A DNA stretch of 63,121 bases, filler included, from Squatina squatina (taxonomy: Eukaryota): NCBI GenBank assembly GCA_031763465.1. It is 4 parts of 3 records of this genome, joined end to end, with 100 filler letters (N's around TTAATTAATTAA, not from the genome) between each part and the next. Parts side by side here need not be neighbours in the genome. Positions count along the whole stretch, not along the records: positions 17,531 to 33,363 come from JARFOE010000192.1; positions 33,464 to 50,193 come from JARFOE010000046.1; 2 more parts are not named here. One strand, 5' to 3'. Positions 24,945-39,191 of this stretch are shown here, piece by piece. Positions within the stretch are counted from its first letter, which is position 1. Each line of letters opens with the position of its first letter. Below the pieces are notes generated by a model, which was not told where the DNA came from, did not search any database, and saw only the letters and a list, made by a program, of their open reading frames with translations. The position numbers and the translations under genes are program-made.

Positions 24945-25290
24945 TTCAACAACAAAAACTTGTATTTATATACCGCGTTTAATGTAGTAAAGCATCCCAA
25001 AGCGCTTCACAGGAGCTTTGTACAACAAAATTTGACTCCGAGCCACATAAGGAGATATTAGGACAGATGACCAAAAGCTTAGTCAAAGGGGTAGGTTTTA
25101 AGGAAAATCTTAACGGAGGCAGAGAGGTAGAGTGGCGTAGAGTTTTTATAGAGGGAATTCCAGAGCTTAGGCAGCTGAAGGCACAGCCGCCAATGGTGGA
25201 GCGATTGAACTCGGGGATGCTCAAGAAGCCAGAATTGGAGGAACGCAGAGATCTTGGAGGGTTGTTGCCTGGAGGGGATTACAGAGATTG
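24945..25290 (-). mobile_element. L2-clade LINE 3' end
   Basis: TIGGCAFS...LWNS-type ORF2 end and tail ataaatacaagtttttgttgttg; second copy at 36930-37150. Confidence 0.8.
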
Positions 25291-26608
25291 GATTTAGTCA
25301 TTCATTTCATATTTATAGAATTCAATGGCTCTCATTTTCATATCCATTTCATATTCCAAGCGTAGAGCTCATTTCTGAGAAATGTGGTGTGATTATCAGG
25401 TACTGTGAAGTAGCTGGTCTAACCTCAGGGAGTCACACTAACATCACTTCAGAAATAGAATAAAACGTGTCAAGTGGAAGATTGCAGTTTACTTTGAGAA
25501 ATAATTATACACTACGCCTGCATTAAACTGTCTATCATGCTTAACACAGCAGGATCCTTTCACTCCATCATTTAATTATTTCCCTCCATATGTTAATGTT
25601 TTCACGCCATTGATTGAACCTTTAACACCATTGGGTAAAGTTTTTATTCCATTGTTAACACTTTCATTCCATTGGTTAAATCCTTTCAGCAGACTCTTTC
25701 ACAGAGTTTGGCCTTTTCCAAATGGTCACAACTTATTTTCGAAGAGCCCAACATTCCTGAGCACTGGCCATGTGGCAGGACTTCTGTCCATCTATCTGCT
25801 ATGCCCTAACTCTACCCCAACTCTCAGGCATGGGGGGTGTGGATGGGCGATAGGATGTTNNNNNNNNNNNNNNNNNNNNNNNNNNNNNNNNNNNNNNNNN
25901 NNNNNNNNNNNNNNNNNNNNNNNNNNNNNNNNNNNNNNNNNNNNNNNNNNNNNNNNNNNGCTGTATTTTCTATGTTCTATGTTCTATGACACTGATTTAA
26001 GGCGATTAAAAGTTATTGTGAGGTTATGATTGCACAAAAGCTGTCAGAAGATTCTCAGAGGAGTTTCTTTGCAGTTTTAAAACAGAATAATTAGAAAATT
26101 TCCTTTCATAATTCCAAATCAGTTGGTTGAAACCCACATGAAAGAAAGTGGTGTCTCGTGCAAAGCAGTTTCCTTTTCCAAATCATGTTGCTTAATGTCA
26201 GTGCATTTTTAACTGTTTTATCATATCCCTTCACAACCATATCAGGAAGTCACAATGAGCATATTGTGCAGTGCACAGTATTTTAACAAGGCTGACTAAC
26301 TGAAGTGTTATGAATGTTTTAACAAATATGGTAATGCATGGCCACTTACTGACATGCCAAGTAATGTATAAAGAGATCAGGAAGGATTACTCATTAACGG
26401 TGCTTTCATAGCCAGTAAATAGCTGCATTGTTCCTAAAACAAGACAAAACGGAAAGGTGGCAGGTAATTTTTGCCAGCTAATTGCTAATTTTCCAACGAC
26501 TTCCCTTGNNNNNNNNNNNNNNNNNNNNNNNNNNNNNNNNNNNNNNNNNNNNNNNNNNNNNNNNNNNNNNNNNNNNNNNNNNNNNNNNNNNNNNNNNNNN
26601 NNNNNNNN

Positions 26609-26758
26609 TAACGCTGAACTTTGCGTTTATCGCCCATTTCGCGCTGGTGTTAAGGGGGGACAAATTTTGCAACACTAAATTTAACACCCAAAATTGGCGT
26701 TAATGAACTTTGCGCTCACCTTAGCGACAGAAACTCAGGGCAATCTAATTGGCCGCCC
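26609..26758. mobile_element. Harbinger-type MITE end
   Basis: CpG-rich, repeated tgaactttgcg, ends aattggccgccc like 2100-2273. Confidence 0.55.
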
Positions 26759-28163
26759 ATAATATATACACAAGGAAATTTGTAATTCTGTATCAAACAA
26801 TAAAATGGCCACAAGATCACCAAATCAATACAGAGGAAGACTATTTGATGATGCCAAGCTCATCCATCCAGAACAAACTTATAATCACCTCATCACAGCA
26901 TCCAACTATTTCTTAAATTGGTTCTATAAGGTTTACATCTATTGCCTTGTCAGGAAGTCCATTCGATATGTTAATCACTATTATGTGAAGAAGGACTTTT
27001 TGAATTTATTCCTCAATTTGCTTTCGATGAGTTTGAACTTCTGCCTTCCCTGTGACAGAGCAAGCCCAATGTTGCAAAATTGGTATTTCTTGAGGCTCTA
27101 AGTCATATGGCCCATTATAACCACTAAACTTGCAACTGGCTCCCTTTACAAAGCCCTTCAATGGCTTCATACTACAAATGGTTGAGAAAATAATACATGA
27201 GAAAAAATTAACGAACAATCACATGCACATTATACCAATAACATTGACCATTGGTTAATTTATTTAAGACAGTAATCCAATCTGTGGTTCAAATGATGAA
27301 CATAAACCACTTGAGCTTCACGCTCACTATTAATGATGTCATCTGAACCTCTCCATGGGATTTGTGTCCCATAATCTCTCCAGGGTATCCGTTAATCTGT
27401 ATGTAATTCACTGAGAGGTATCCCATATCCTTTGTTTGTTGTCTGGTGTGTGTTTGTATTCTTTTCTATAGAAGAACTCAATCATGCTTTGTATCAGTTA
27501 CCTCACACAATACCTCTGAGTCAAGCTCCACAAATAGTGGAGACAGAATATTGACACGTCTGTGGCTGATCATTTCTTGAAATGGGAGAATCTGTGTTAC
27601 TTTGAGGGGGTGGGGAAGTTTACAGATCTGACTTGAGGAACAAGACATTGCTGTAGTATTTAGAAGCCTTGAAAAGAGTTTGTCACCAGTGCTCGAGGAA
27701 CATTCTAAGTAAGATGTAATGCATTATATCCTTTATGGTTGCGAATTTGATCACGGTTTGAGTTATTATTTAAGGTGGATGTTTATTGTAGTAATCTGCA
27801 TCACTCCAGTCACACAACGGCTGCCTTTCTAAATGTGGTCAGGAAGAGTGAATGCCAGCTTGCATGTTCCTGTTTATCTGTACTTGTGTTTGCCACTCCA
27901 CAATGGTGGACGGATTTAAAAAAGATATCAACAGGTGGATTTTCAGCATGTTGAAGGTTAAAATGCTATTTTGGTGAACTTAGGCCATTTTATGCTGTTT
28001 TCCTTTATGATGAAAGCAGATTTAACATAGATCATGGATTAAAGATTGGGGCCTGCTTGGGGCCTACTTAAGCTCCATTAAAAATAATCACATTTGGAAA
28101 ACAAATCTGTCCACATTGCACTACTGCTGATGTACATAACCATTGTAGGTGTGTTTAGAAATA

Positions 28164-28780
28164 TGGGGTGCCCAATTAGTCCACTAATGCCTGCGCTAAA
28201 GTAGCGCAGAATGGGTGTTAGCGGCCTAACGCCAATTTTTATCGTAAAGTTGTCCGCTCACTTTTTGCAGTCCTCCGATCCCAGGCACTAAAGGAGCGTA
28301 GGCTCAGGATCGCAGGGAACGCAGCGGCCGGCGTAAGATGGCAGGCACGGCATCATCATTGGGCGCAGCGGCCGCCCAAGATGGCCACCCGTCCAATGAT
28401 TCCTCTGCGTTTGAAAACGGTAAGTCCAGTGGTGACAGCGCCAGCTTTTTGGGTTGCTGTCACCCTGTGTGGAGTGATGAATATGTTTTATTTTTAAGAA
28501 AAGCTTCGTGAATTTTTTTTTCCAATCGCGATTTTTTGTGTAAAAGTGGGGAACTTACTGTAAAAAGTAGTTTTGCCTGGCCACTTTTGAGTTTNNNNNN
28601 NNNNNNNNNNNNNNNNNNNNNNNNNNNNNNNNNNNNNNNNNNNNNNNNNNNNNNNNNNNNNNNNNNNNNNNNNNNNNNNNNNNNNNNNNNNNNNTTAAAA
28701 AAAATGTCAAAGACCCGAACTTTGCACTCCCCAATTCGTCCCTTAGCACCAGAAGCTCAGGGCAGTCGAATTGGGTGCCC
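28164..28780. mobile_element. Putative MITE with both termini (gap inside)
   Basis: Left gggtgcccaatt and right aattgggtgccc are imperfect inverted copies; interior is CpG-rich. Confidence 0.5.
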
Positions 28781-29892
28781 TCTGACTTTTGCAAAACAAA
28801 ATGGAGAATTTTTGTTTAAAAAGCTGATAGTAAAGTATTTCCATTAAAAATATTATCTGGTGTATAAAAATAATGCGGCAGGACAGCCCGAGGATAATAT
28901 TTTCCTCTGTGTGTAAAATTGAAGATTCTAATCCCAAATGATCATTGGTTTATAATGAGGAAAATATCTGACTAAGCAAACCTTTTTGGAGAGTTTTGGT
29001 TGACCACCGAGATCTGGTTAAACTGATGTTTCCATTTGAACTTTGATGGATGTTCATCTACATCTGTGTAATTTATGAGGATCATCTTGATTTACAACAA
29101 GCATTCCCCATCGTGCCATATAGTCAGCAGCGGTCTGTCTCAGCCTCATGGTTAAATGTCTGTGGATCATTTTTTTGGACACCGTCCAAAGGCAGTCAGC
29201 AGTTGCTTCCTTATGGCTGTAGGAGACTGCACATCTGCTCAACATATTTCAGTTACAGCTCTATGCACCTCATTCCTGAAAGGGTTGGTTGAGGAGACTG
29301 TTGACACAGCAGTAACTCTGGATGCCAATCTGGAGATCTGGAAACGGCATTCGGTGAGATTCCCAGCAGAGATTTTCCTTGACAGGCCCAGCAAGCGTAA
29401 AGCAGCAGTCAGTCAGTTAGTCTTGATAAGCCATCAGCTGCAATCTAAATGGCCCGGTAACCTATAGCAAAGTGCAACAACCCCTTCTCTGTTTCCAGCA
29501 ATGAGTTGAAGGCTCTCACAAGTAACTTTTTTTTTTACAGAGTTTGCAATATTCTTGGCAACTCGAATATGTTATGTCAGGCTCCTGACTCAATCCTGAC
29601 TCCTGGGTTATGAGATTGCGGTTTTGCTATTGACTTTAGATAGACACATTTGGTCTTGTTTAAAGCTGTGATGCATTACAGTAAAATATGCTGTTTCCTG
29701 CCCTCATCCTAAAGGGCATTTTGAACATAAGACTATAAGAAAAATTAGGGACAATATAAGGCTGTACGGTCCATTGACTGTCATCCTTCCAGNNNNNNNN
29801 NNNNNNNNNNNNNNNNNNNNNNNNNNNNNNNNNNNNNNNNNNNNNNNNNNNNNNNNNNNNNNNNNNNNNNNNNNNNNNNNNNNNNNNNNNNN

Positions 29893-30737
29893 TGAATGCA
29901 TTCCATGAACTCATCCTCCAGACTACCTTTGCCAATTTGATTTGCCCAGTCTACATGAAGATTAAAGTCCCCAATGATTACTGTATCACCTTTGTTACAA
30001 GCTCCTACTAAATAATTGATTAATACTCTATCCAACTGTATAGCTACTGTTTGGGGGCCTACAGTGATTTCTGCCCCTTGTTATTTCTTATCTCCACCCA
30101 TACTGATTCTTCTTCCTGATCTTCCGAGCCAAGATCCTTTCTAAGTACTGTCCTTATGTCATCCTTTATTATCAGGGATACCACCCCTCCTTTCCATTTT
30201 TAACCAAATTGCTATACTGCTCCATTGCCTTAACTTTTCTCTTCACTTTCCCCTCACCTGACCCCTCCCCACAATTTTTAGTTTAAAGCCCTATCTAAAG
30301 CCCTAGTTGTACGATTCGCCAGGAAATTGGTCCCAGCCCGGTTTAAGTGAGCCTGTCCCAATGGAATAGCTCCCTCTTTCCCCAGTACTGATGCCCATGC
30401 CCCATGAATCAAAACCCCTTCCTCCCACACCACTCTTTGAGCCACGCATTTAACTCTCTGACCTGCTTGTCGCTATGCCAATTTGCGCGTGGCTCAGGTA
30501 ACAATGCAGAGATTATTACCTTTGAGGTTCTGTGTTATAATTTGGAACCTAGCTACTCAAACTCCCTGGTCAGAACCTCTTTCCTGGTTCTACCTGTCAT
30601 TGGTTCCAACGTGGAATATGACAACCTCCCACTCCAAATTCCTCTCCAGCCGCGAGGAGATATCATTAACCCTGACATCAGGCAGGCAACTCAGCCTTCG
30701 GGACTTTCGGTCGCAGCTGCAGTGTATTTATCCCCCG
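29893..30737 (-). mobile_element. CR1 LINE fragment: ORF1 esterase C-terminus and ORF2 endonuclease
   Basis: VIIGDFNLHVDW...EDEFMECI endonuclease motif; upstream TSKVIISALLPEPRANW...ELNAWLKEWCG...QYWGKRELF of the CR1 ORF1 SGNH esterase; degenerate. Confidence 0.85.
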
Positions 30738-31559
30738 NNNNNNNNNNNNNNNNNNNNNNNNNNNNNNNNNNNNNNNNNNNNNNNNNNNNNNNNNNNNNNN
30801 NNNNNNNNNNNNNNNNNNNNNNNNNNNNNNNNNNNNNNNNNNNNNNNNNNNNNNNNNNNNNNNNNNNNNNNNNNNNNNNNNNNNNNNNNNNNNNNNNNNN
30901 NNNNNNNNNNNNNNNNNNNNNNNNNNNNNNNNNNNNNNNNNNNNNNNNNNNNNNNNNNNNNNNNNNNNNNNNNNNNNNNNNNNNNNNNNNNNNNNNNNNN
31001 NNNNNNNNNNNNNNNNNNNNNNNNNNNNNNNNNNNNNNNNNNNNNNNNNNNNNNNNNNNNNNNNNNNNNNNNNNNNNNNNNNNNNNNNNNNNNNNNNNNN
31101 NNNNNNNNNNNNNNNNNNNNNNNNNNNNNNNNNNNNNNNNNNNNNNNNNNNNNNNTAGCAAATTTCATGATGGTTTTCTTGAGCAATCAACAGAGAGAGA
31201 AAAATTCAATTATGAGTTGCCGACCATCTGTCTATCTGTCTATCGAGCTACAAATGGCAACTGGTCAAAGATGAAGAATAGGGGATGTAAGGTTGGAAGA
31301 ATATTCTGGAGTGATGCTTATCTTATCTTGAGAGATGGAGAGAAAAGAAAAATTGAACTATTCCGCATGAAATGAGTCTCGGAACCAGCCGACTATATAG
31401 ATACGGTTTGTGAAAGGAATGGGCTTGATTGTCTAAATGGGCTTTCTCATCCTATGGTTTTGTCTGTCCTTATTAAATGAGTTCAGTAGAAACTGTGTTT
31501 GTGAAGATTGCATTGTCAAAAGTTATACACTCAATGGCTTTTTAAAAATCCCTATTTGC

Positions 31560-31850
31560 CCTGTGAAGATGGCAAGCCTTCTAAGCAATTATCTGTACAA
31601 CTGAGTGGTTTACTAGGCCACTTCAGAGGAGTCAACAGGGTCATGAAGATTATAGAGTGACATGCATGCCAGATCAGGTAGGAGTGACAGGTTCTTTTCC
31701 TGAATCATGCAGCTTTTGTAAGTCATTCTTTTCTGATACTACTTATAAATTACCAAACCGATTGAATTCAGTATCACAATTTGCCACCATGGGATTGTGG
31801 AACTCACAACTGTAGAGTTGCTAGTGCATTACCACAACCACTCCGCCATC
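31560..31850 (-). mobile_element. Diverged tRNA-derived SINE, same family as 415-660
   Basis: tggcggagtggtt A box, gagttc B-box remnant, shared aggccacttcaga block. Confidence 0.55.
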
Positions 31851-33363
31851 ATAACCTTGTTAAAGCTAACCTGCTGACCACCCAATACCTGAAGCTGAAA
31901 CGCAGTGGAAAGCACACTAATAATTGCTATTTCAAAAAGTGAGCGATTAAGTTACAAACATGAACTGGAAACAAAAACTGTAGATTTAAAAAATACTCGA
32001 ATCAAAAATGTCATGTACCCTGTATACATTAACCTCCATTCATTCGGTACTCTAGCCTGATGTTGACATCGAATGTCTCACACTGAGCCGTAATATCAGA
32101 TCAAATGTCAGCGAGCTCCAAAACCTCTTCCTGTTGTATTCTTAAATAATGGTGGATTTGACCAAACACACAGCCTAACCAGGATGTATGAAACTTCATG
32201 GTAGATTTACTGCAACCCAAAGCATCCATACAATAATTGCGTAATTGNNNNNNNNNNNNNNNNNNNNNNNNNNNNNNNNNNNNNNNNNNNNNNNNNNNNN
32301 NNNNNNNNNNNNNNNNNNNNNNNNNNNNNNNNNNNNNNNNNNNNNNNCATCAATACTTCCAAATTTAGCACCAAGTTGACACCAATTAGCACTAATTTAG
32401 CAATTTCACACATATTTCATAAACAATAATGAGATATGGATAATCCACCTAGGCACAGTAGCAGATACACTTCAGGGAAGTAAAACAGGTCTAATCACAT
32501 TGTCAATTTAACACTGGGGGAGCTCTGTGTTCAATCTAAATCACACTGTGCTTGACACAGTTCCTGGTGCGATTGCTGGGTGCAAGGTGTCCTAACCTCC
32601 CGCACATTACTTATCTTAATAAAAACACACAGAAAAAGACCATTGAAATAGGAACTAAATTTGCAAGTCGTATGAAGGTGTTAATTGCTTGGATGAACAC
32701 TTATTTTCCATATCATAAAAACAATTATGTCATACACTGGTAAAAATAAGCTTGTGTTGCTGTAAAAGTTCTTTATTGGAATAAGGAGATAAGTCAGCAA
32801 TAGATTTGAGGTTAGCTGGGCAGGGTATGAGAGAAGCAAAATATCTGAACACCAAATAGTTACATGCAACTTGGTCAATATATGATGATCTTGGAAGAGT
32901 AATGTCAGTCCCGGCATTACTTCCACATACTACATCAACTGAAACATAGAAGCATGAATTTGCGATGGTAAATTCAGTGCTGTCACACAAGCGCTTCTGG
33001 AAATCTTTTAAATTTCCAGGAACACTGAAATCAGTTAAGGGGCATATTACAAAATGGAGGGTTTAGTAACATTGGAGTATATTGCTAGATGAAAAAGGAC
33101 CAAGGCCCATCTCGTTCTACCATCATATAATACAATGATAATGGAGCTGTTGGCTGAGCATAGCAATCGATCTCTGTCAATTAGTCTAAAACAGACCCAG
33201 AAATGATACAAGCAAAATTCCAATGGTGGAGAGCTTTAGGGACCATAGGTCCAAAATAATCTTTTTCCTCCCAAGCATGCTACATTTGCCACATGCCATG
33301 TCTCAAATTACTGATAGACTATATCGTCTCGGGACTTGAGCACATAAATCTAGGCTGACACTC

Positions 33364-33463
33364 NNNNNNNNNNNNNNNNNNNNNNNNNNNNNNNNNNNNN
33401 NNNNNNNTTAATTAATTAANNNNNNNNNNNNNNNNNNNNNNNNNNNNNNNNNNNNNNNNNNNN
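33364..33463. other. Artificial scaffold linker N44-TTAATTAATTAA-N44
   Basis: Identical to 17431-17530. Confidence 0.97.
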
Positions 33464-33730
33464 AAGTTTTGACAGTTCTTGACAGATCGCTGAGAACTGT
33501 CAAAACTTCAATAAAAGATACACCCACCTGATTGGCTGGGCTTTCCATGTGACCTCTCCAGCCTCTTCGCTCGACTTGCCCGGGAAACTAGAGAGCTCCG
33601 CTCCGAATCTCCAACTCGGGGGGGTGGCTGAAGATCGCAAACTCACGTGGATCCAGGACCCTTCGGTGAGTACGTAACTTTTTTTGCGATTGGAGGCACC
33701 CGCACACAGGAAGCCTTCAATCGCAATACT
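33464..33730. mobile_element. Half of a palindromic MITE
   Basis: Perfect 16-bp inverted repeat (33464-33479 / 33493-33508). Its end, cacacaggaagccttcaatcgcaa, is approximately the reverse complement of the element start at 50170-50193. Confidence 0.65.
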
Positions 33731-36700
33731 GTGTTTGCTGATTTGCCCTGTTTCAATTTTGTGGGTCTGGAGGTTTGGAAAGGGCTGTTCTAAATGCTGT
33801 TACCTCGTTGGCAAATAAATCCCAAAATCAGGACACCAAGATGAGCAACTTGAGATATATGCAAATTAATGGGCACATGGACTTCATTTCAAATGTGGCC
33901 CTGGCGCTCTGCAATGCGCACTACTATGGCCCACAAAGAAGAACCTTTGCCCTCGGGGATATGTGTGTTTGGGGTGGGCGGATTGCTGAATCCTATGAAC
34001 ATGAAGGTGTCACAGAACAGGTCACCTAACTTTAGTAAATTCTTTAAATGAGCTTATTGGGCTTGCAATCAAGGAAGGTTTGGTGATTGTGGGGGGAACC
34101 ACTAGCCCTCCTGAAACCTAGCACAACACCAAGATAGCAGGACAAATGGCCACGAATTCAAGACTGTGACTGGGAATTGAAGGGCAGGTGCCAAAGAGCA
34201 GTTCTTTATGTGGAAGGTGATCAACCGCAGTAAAAGGTTGCTGGGAATTGTGGTTGAGGTAAAACACCACATTCATTGGGAAAAATGGGTAGGGTTTCCA
34301 TTCTGAAACAATAAAATAAATTTGCAAAAGCATTTATGCAGTGCCTTCCATGACCTCAGGATGTCCCAAATCCCTTTACAGCCAATTAAGTACTTTTGAA
34401 TTCAATGGTACCAAACAGACAGGCAGGTCTTTGTCATCTGAATGAAAGTTGTGATCTTGTGTACATTTGGATCAGTCAATTTTGGGTGAACAGGTTTCAG
34501 CATATTAGTAGCTCAATTATGGTTGAGTCTCGCTAATAACTGGTTTCACAATTTGCCTCATGATGTTCATTTAGTTTCTCAGCACACTGCAGAAAGCACA
34601 GGATTGCTCCATTGTCAAACTGCCCACTAGAGATTGCAGGAAGCAGACTGGATTATCAGTCAAATATTTCCTTACTAGATCTTTTGCATCAAATTCATAA
34701 CACTATTGGCTTAAGTTCAAAGTTAGAACACTGTCAAAATAACATAAATCCAAAAGGGCATCTTGTTGTATCAAACTTGTACATTTTCAGCAAACTATAC
34801 TCAATTTCTAATTATTGATTCAGAAAATATTGTTCAGTCCAGAGGTTGCTTTGAAAAGTAATTAAATGGTGAATCTACTGGCAGCACTGATTCCCAATTA
34901 GACCAAAGGATGCTTCTGCTTTACCAGGTTTTATAGTTNNNNNNNNNNNNNNNNNNNNNNNNNNNNNNNNNNNNNNNNNNNNNNNNNNNNNNNNNNNNNN
35001 NNNNNNNNNNNNNNNNNNNNNNNNNNNNNNNNNNNNNNCATGCAACCGCTTTAAGTTCAGATTCTCTCACCTATGGTGTACACAACCAGCAAGAGAAATA
35101 AACCCATGCAATTCAGATCAACCTCATCAAAATTCAGTTCAAATTAGTTTCTGCAGAAGACCTGCTTCTTTTATGTAATCTGTAACCATAGCCACTTTTA
35201 ACCATTTTTCATTAACTGCATACTGCTAGAAAGCATTTCATACAATCTGCTTAAATTAGAATTCTGCGCTTCCTCCCCTCGAAATATTACAAATAGATGA
35301 TTAAGAAGTAGACAAATCCCAGTTTGCAAATCAATATTTAAGTGGGCTGCCTGGACTCTAATTGCTTTTAATGGGACAAGTGGCCCTCACTCATCAGGCA
35401 ATAAAATATGCGCCAAGGACGAGGAGAAAATAAATTAGTTTGCGACATTCTATAGCTGTTTTTAAAAATTATTATTCTCGTTTTGATGGGTTGAATAATG
35501 CAGCTGTATTAAACCTGGAGAGGTTGTTGGTGCTCTCAGCTTGTATGAATACAATAAATGCATGGATAGGAGGTTGNNNNNNNNNNNNNNNNNNNNNNNN
35601 NNNNNNNNNNNNNNNNNNNNNNNNNNNNNNNNNNNNNNNNNNNNNNNNNNNNNNNNNNNNNNNNNNNNNNNNNNNNTTTCTTTTTAAATGTATAATTCAA
35701 CATAGAAGAGGGACGAATGGCATTTCATTGTAAATAATTCTGCCCATTACCTTGTATCCCTGGTCACGATCCCAGTATAGGTGAGGAAGTTATGCCAAAC
35801 AATGCCAAATCAGTTTACCTTCTATTTGTATGAGGCTTTATTGCCACACCCAGTGAGTCACCCACATCAGGACCAAAATAATTTCTTTAGCATTTGACAT
35901 CACTCAAAGCATCAGCTCTCTGACCTTTGCATAACGAAAGTGACTTAGGAAAGAGGGACTGCTCATCTGACAACGGGCTGACATAGGCCAGAAGCAGATT
36001 CAATTGAAATTTACTTGCAGCCTAATGACGGGATGTAAAGAATAAATTATTAATTTGTGTTTTATTCCATTTCTGGTGGCTATTTGTCTACATTCATATT
36101 TGACACAACCTTTTTTTTCCCTCACATAACTGAGTTCATCATTAAATCCCTTATTAAGCTGCTTGAAGTCAACTTCTTTCTGATATTTCCATTTAAAGGA
36201 CAAACTATTTGAAATGTCTTCACTGCCTCATCTCATGTGTTTTATTATTTCCTTTGCTTATCGGCATATTCCGTGCTTGCTTGGGTTGATGTTGCGTTTG
36301 ACTCATCTTACTTGAGGCTTGTGTGTTTCCCATTCTGATTACTTTGTCTAAATACAAGAAAAGGCTTAATTATCATCTGAATACAGAGCAGGGACTCACA
36401 TGAGCGAAGAATTTATTTCTAAATGAATTTGGCAGACGTTGTGTGTTGCCTCGCCCTTTTATTATTCTGTGCTTATCAGGTGGTAATTATTGCAGAACAT
36501 GGATAAACAACACTTAGTCTGCCATTGTTGTTGTCTAATGTTGTGCATAGATTATGGATTCCTTTTATCATAATTGCTGTATTGCAAAGAAATAACCAAG
36601 ACTCTGAGGTAGGTAGCGAAGTGTAATTGGGTGAGATTTCCGAAATGGAGTTTCAATGGCCTTCTGATTAAGCATTCAGAAAACACAAAATGGGATTCAG

Positions 36701-36929
36701 TGCTTCCAGGCAACATGAACAAACCAATGGTCATCTTTCACTTGGGTCTGTTCGAATGGACAAGTTTCCATACATGTGTGGTGCGATGTCCGGTACACAG
36801 CCAATATTTCAAACCATTACAGGTCTTGCTCGTTCAAGAGATCATTCTCTCTCAGTACTCCTCCTGAACATCTCATTTTTTTTTTAAATGCACATTTTAA
36901 TTATTTTTTCCCCAAAGCCAAACAGTTAT

Positions 36930-37150
36930 AAAGAAAGAAAGGTAGATTTGCATTTATACAATAACAACAATTTTAACATCGTAAAATATCCTACGGCACT
37001 TCACAGGACTGTTAACAAACAAAACTCGACACTTTGCCACATATGGAGATATTCGGGCAGATGACTAAAAGCTTGGTCAAAGAGGTAGGTTTTAAGGAGT
37101 GTCTTAAAGGAGGAAATAGAGGTAGAGAGATTTAGGGAGGCCATTCAGCA
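36930..37150 (-). mobile_element. L2-clade LINE 3' end
   Basis: Collinear with 24950-25160 (ggagatatt...cagatgac.aaaagctt.gtcaaag.ggtaggttttaagga). Confidence 0.78.
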
Positions 37151-39191
37151 CCTCGAGCAATGGCTTGTAGAATTTTCTGGAGCTTATTGGACAGAANNNN
37201 NNNNNNNNNNNNNNNNNNNNNNNNNNNNNNNNNNNNNNNNNNNNNNNNNNNNNNNNNNNNNNNNNNNNNNNNNNNNNNNNNNNNNNNNNNNNNNNNAATT
37301 GGGGGTGTTTTATAAAAGGCAGGTGTTCCGCTCCACCAGATCAGAATGAAATATTTTGTAGTAGCCACATGAAATGGCAACTGTGTACATTAAAACTGAC
37401 CCTGGTGACTAACGTGGTGTCTGTGCAGACTGTGAGAAGTTTGAAAAGCCGCTTATTTTTCAATCACAAAAGCATGCAGGTGAACACTGGATCCAAATAC
37501 TGATTGTACATGGCATCTGCAGATGATTGAAATCTATGCATTGGGAGAGCGCTGTACTCATTGCTTTATTCTTCTGCCCAGAGCGGTTGTATTTTTGCAG
37601 GGGTTCTCTCATGCATCTGCTGTAGCTTTGGAAGACCCATGGAAAGCCCAGAAAAGCCTTTCTTGGTTCTCCACCCAAATATCTAAGGCTATGTGCGGTC
37701 ATTGACTTTCTAATTCCTAGCATAACTAACAAAAGACCTTTGTGTCACTGCAACATCAAACCTCTATTCCAGTTCTTTTGGCCATTCTACTAGCAGATTT
37801 TATTCGCTTCAACTAAATCTTACGCAGCTCTTCTATGTGCAAAAATGCCTTGTCTTGGAAGTCTAGTACAGGTCCTACTGATCAATTTAGGATCAAATAT
37901 TTGAGTCACCTGCATTTCAATTTCTTCAGTTCCTCCCTGAAGACCAATATCATCTCTCCCAGTAGCAATGAAGTCCTTGTTAACATTCAGCGCAACTCCC
38001 TGTCCTTATTGGTGCATTGTTGATTTGATGAAAAAGGTTTTCAGGAAGTTGTGGACAGCCCTTACCTAGCGCATCAGTTCCTGCAATGTGTTTTGCATTT
38101 GCTCCAGCAACATTGATTTGGGGGAAAAAAATATTATCTTCAGCTTTTCTTCAAAATTAATTTATAGTAGCCTACTTGATTGGCACCAAAGTGCCATCAT
38201 TATCATATTGTAACTCTCTCTATGAGGATCCTACCCCTTTAACACACTAGACAGTTCAGATTCTGAACATTGATTATTTTTAACAAGATGACAGTAGTTA
38301 AACTGATTTTTCATACAACTGTATCAATAAAGTGCTTTCCATTTACTTTCTCTCCCTGAATGTCTGTAACTTGAAGTCTGGAAACCTAAATGGTTATTAA
38401 AAGGATTTCTAACAGATTTAATCAACATTGGAGTTATCTTATTCATTAGAAGCTTTGATTTGATTTTTATAGACCTACTGTCAGTGGTTGGGCGCCCATA
38501 TCAGTCACAGCAGTACAGTCTTGGTGCTTAACCACGGAGCAACTACCATGCATTTAGAGATGAGCAACAAGTAGACAATGTAAGACCTCTTAGTTATGGT
38601 AGGATTTCTTAATGACAAATGAATGCAAAAAAACCTAACAAAATGTTCACTTCATGAGGGTGTGTTATAATCCTTTGCAGCCCTCCTGATGAATTACATC
38701 ACTGAGTGTTGAACTGGCATCAGATTCAGCTTTCAAATAAGAGATCCATGATTAGAATCCATCATCTCACAACAGGGGAGGCACAGACACTATAACAGTT
38801 GCTGCTTGTTGAGCTGTAACATGTCACATCTTGAAACTCACACCAGCTACAGCTTCTACTGTTGTAGAGACCTCCCTTATAATGCAAGACAGGGTCAACA
38901 GTAGCTAGATCCACATCAATTCAACGTCATGGACAATTTTTTTAATAACTGCAAACATTTGACAATTTCTCAGGCGCCATTTCTTTTCTCAATAAATGGA
39001 GGGTGAGAAAAAGATAGAACTTGCATTTATATAATGTATTTCTTGTCTGATTATGCTCCACTCGAGCTTCCTCCTGTCTTTTCTCAACTAANNNNNNNNN
39101 NNNNNNNNNNNNNNNNNNNNNNNNNNNNNNNNNNNNNNNNNNNNNNNNNNNNNNNNNNNNNNNNNNNNNNNNNNNNNNNNNNNNNNNNNNN

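Noticed and set aside
28200-28460. CpG island / gene promoter (also 10560-10690, 15960-16250, 39480-39710)
   Set aside because: CpG-rich patches coincide with Harbinger/MITE bodies and termini.
30404-31375. Long 323-aa and overlapping ORFs in the track
   Set aside because: Length comes from N runs translated as X; the real sequence is antisense to a CR1 fragment.
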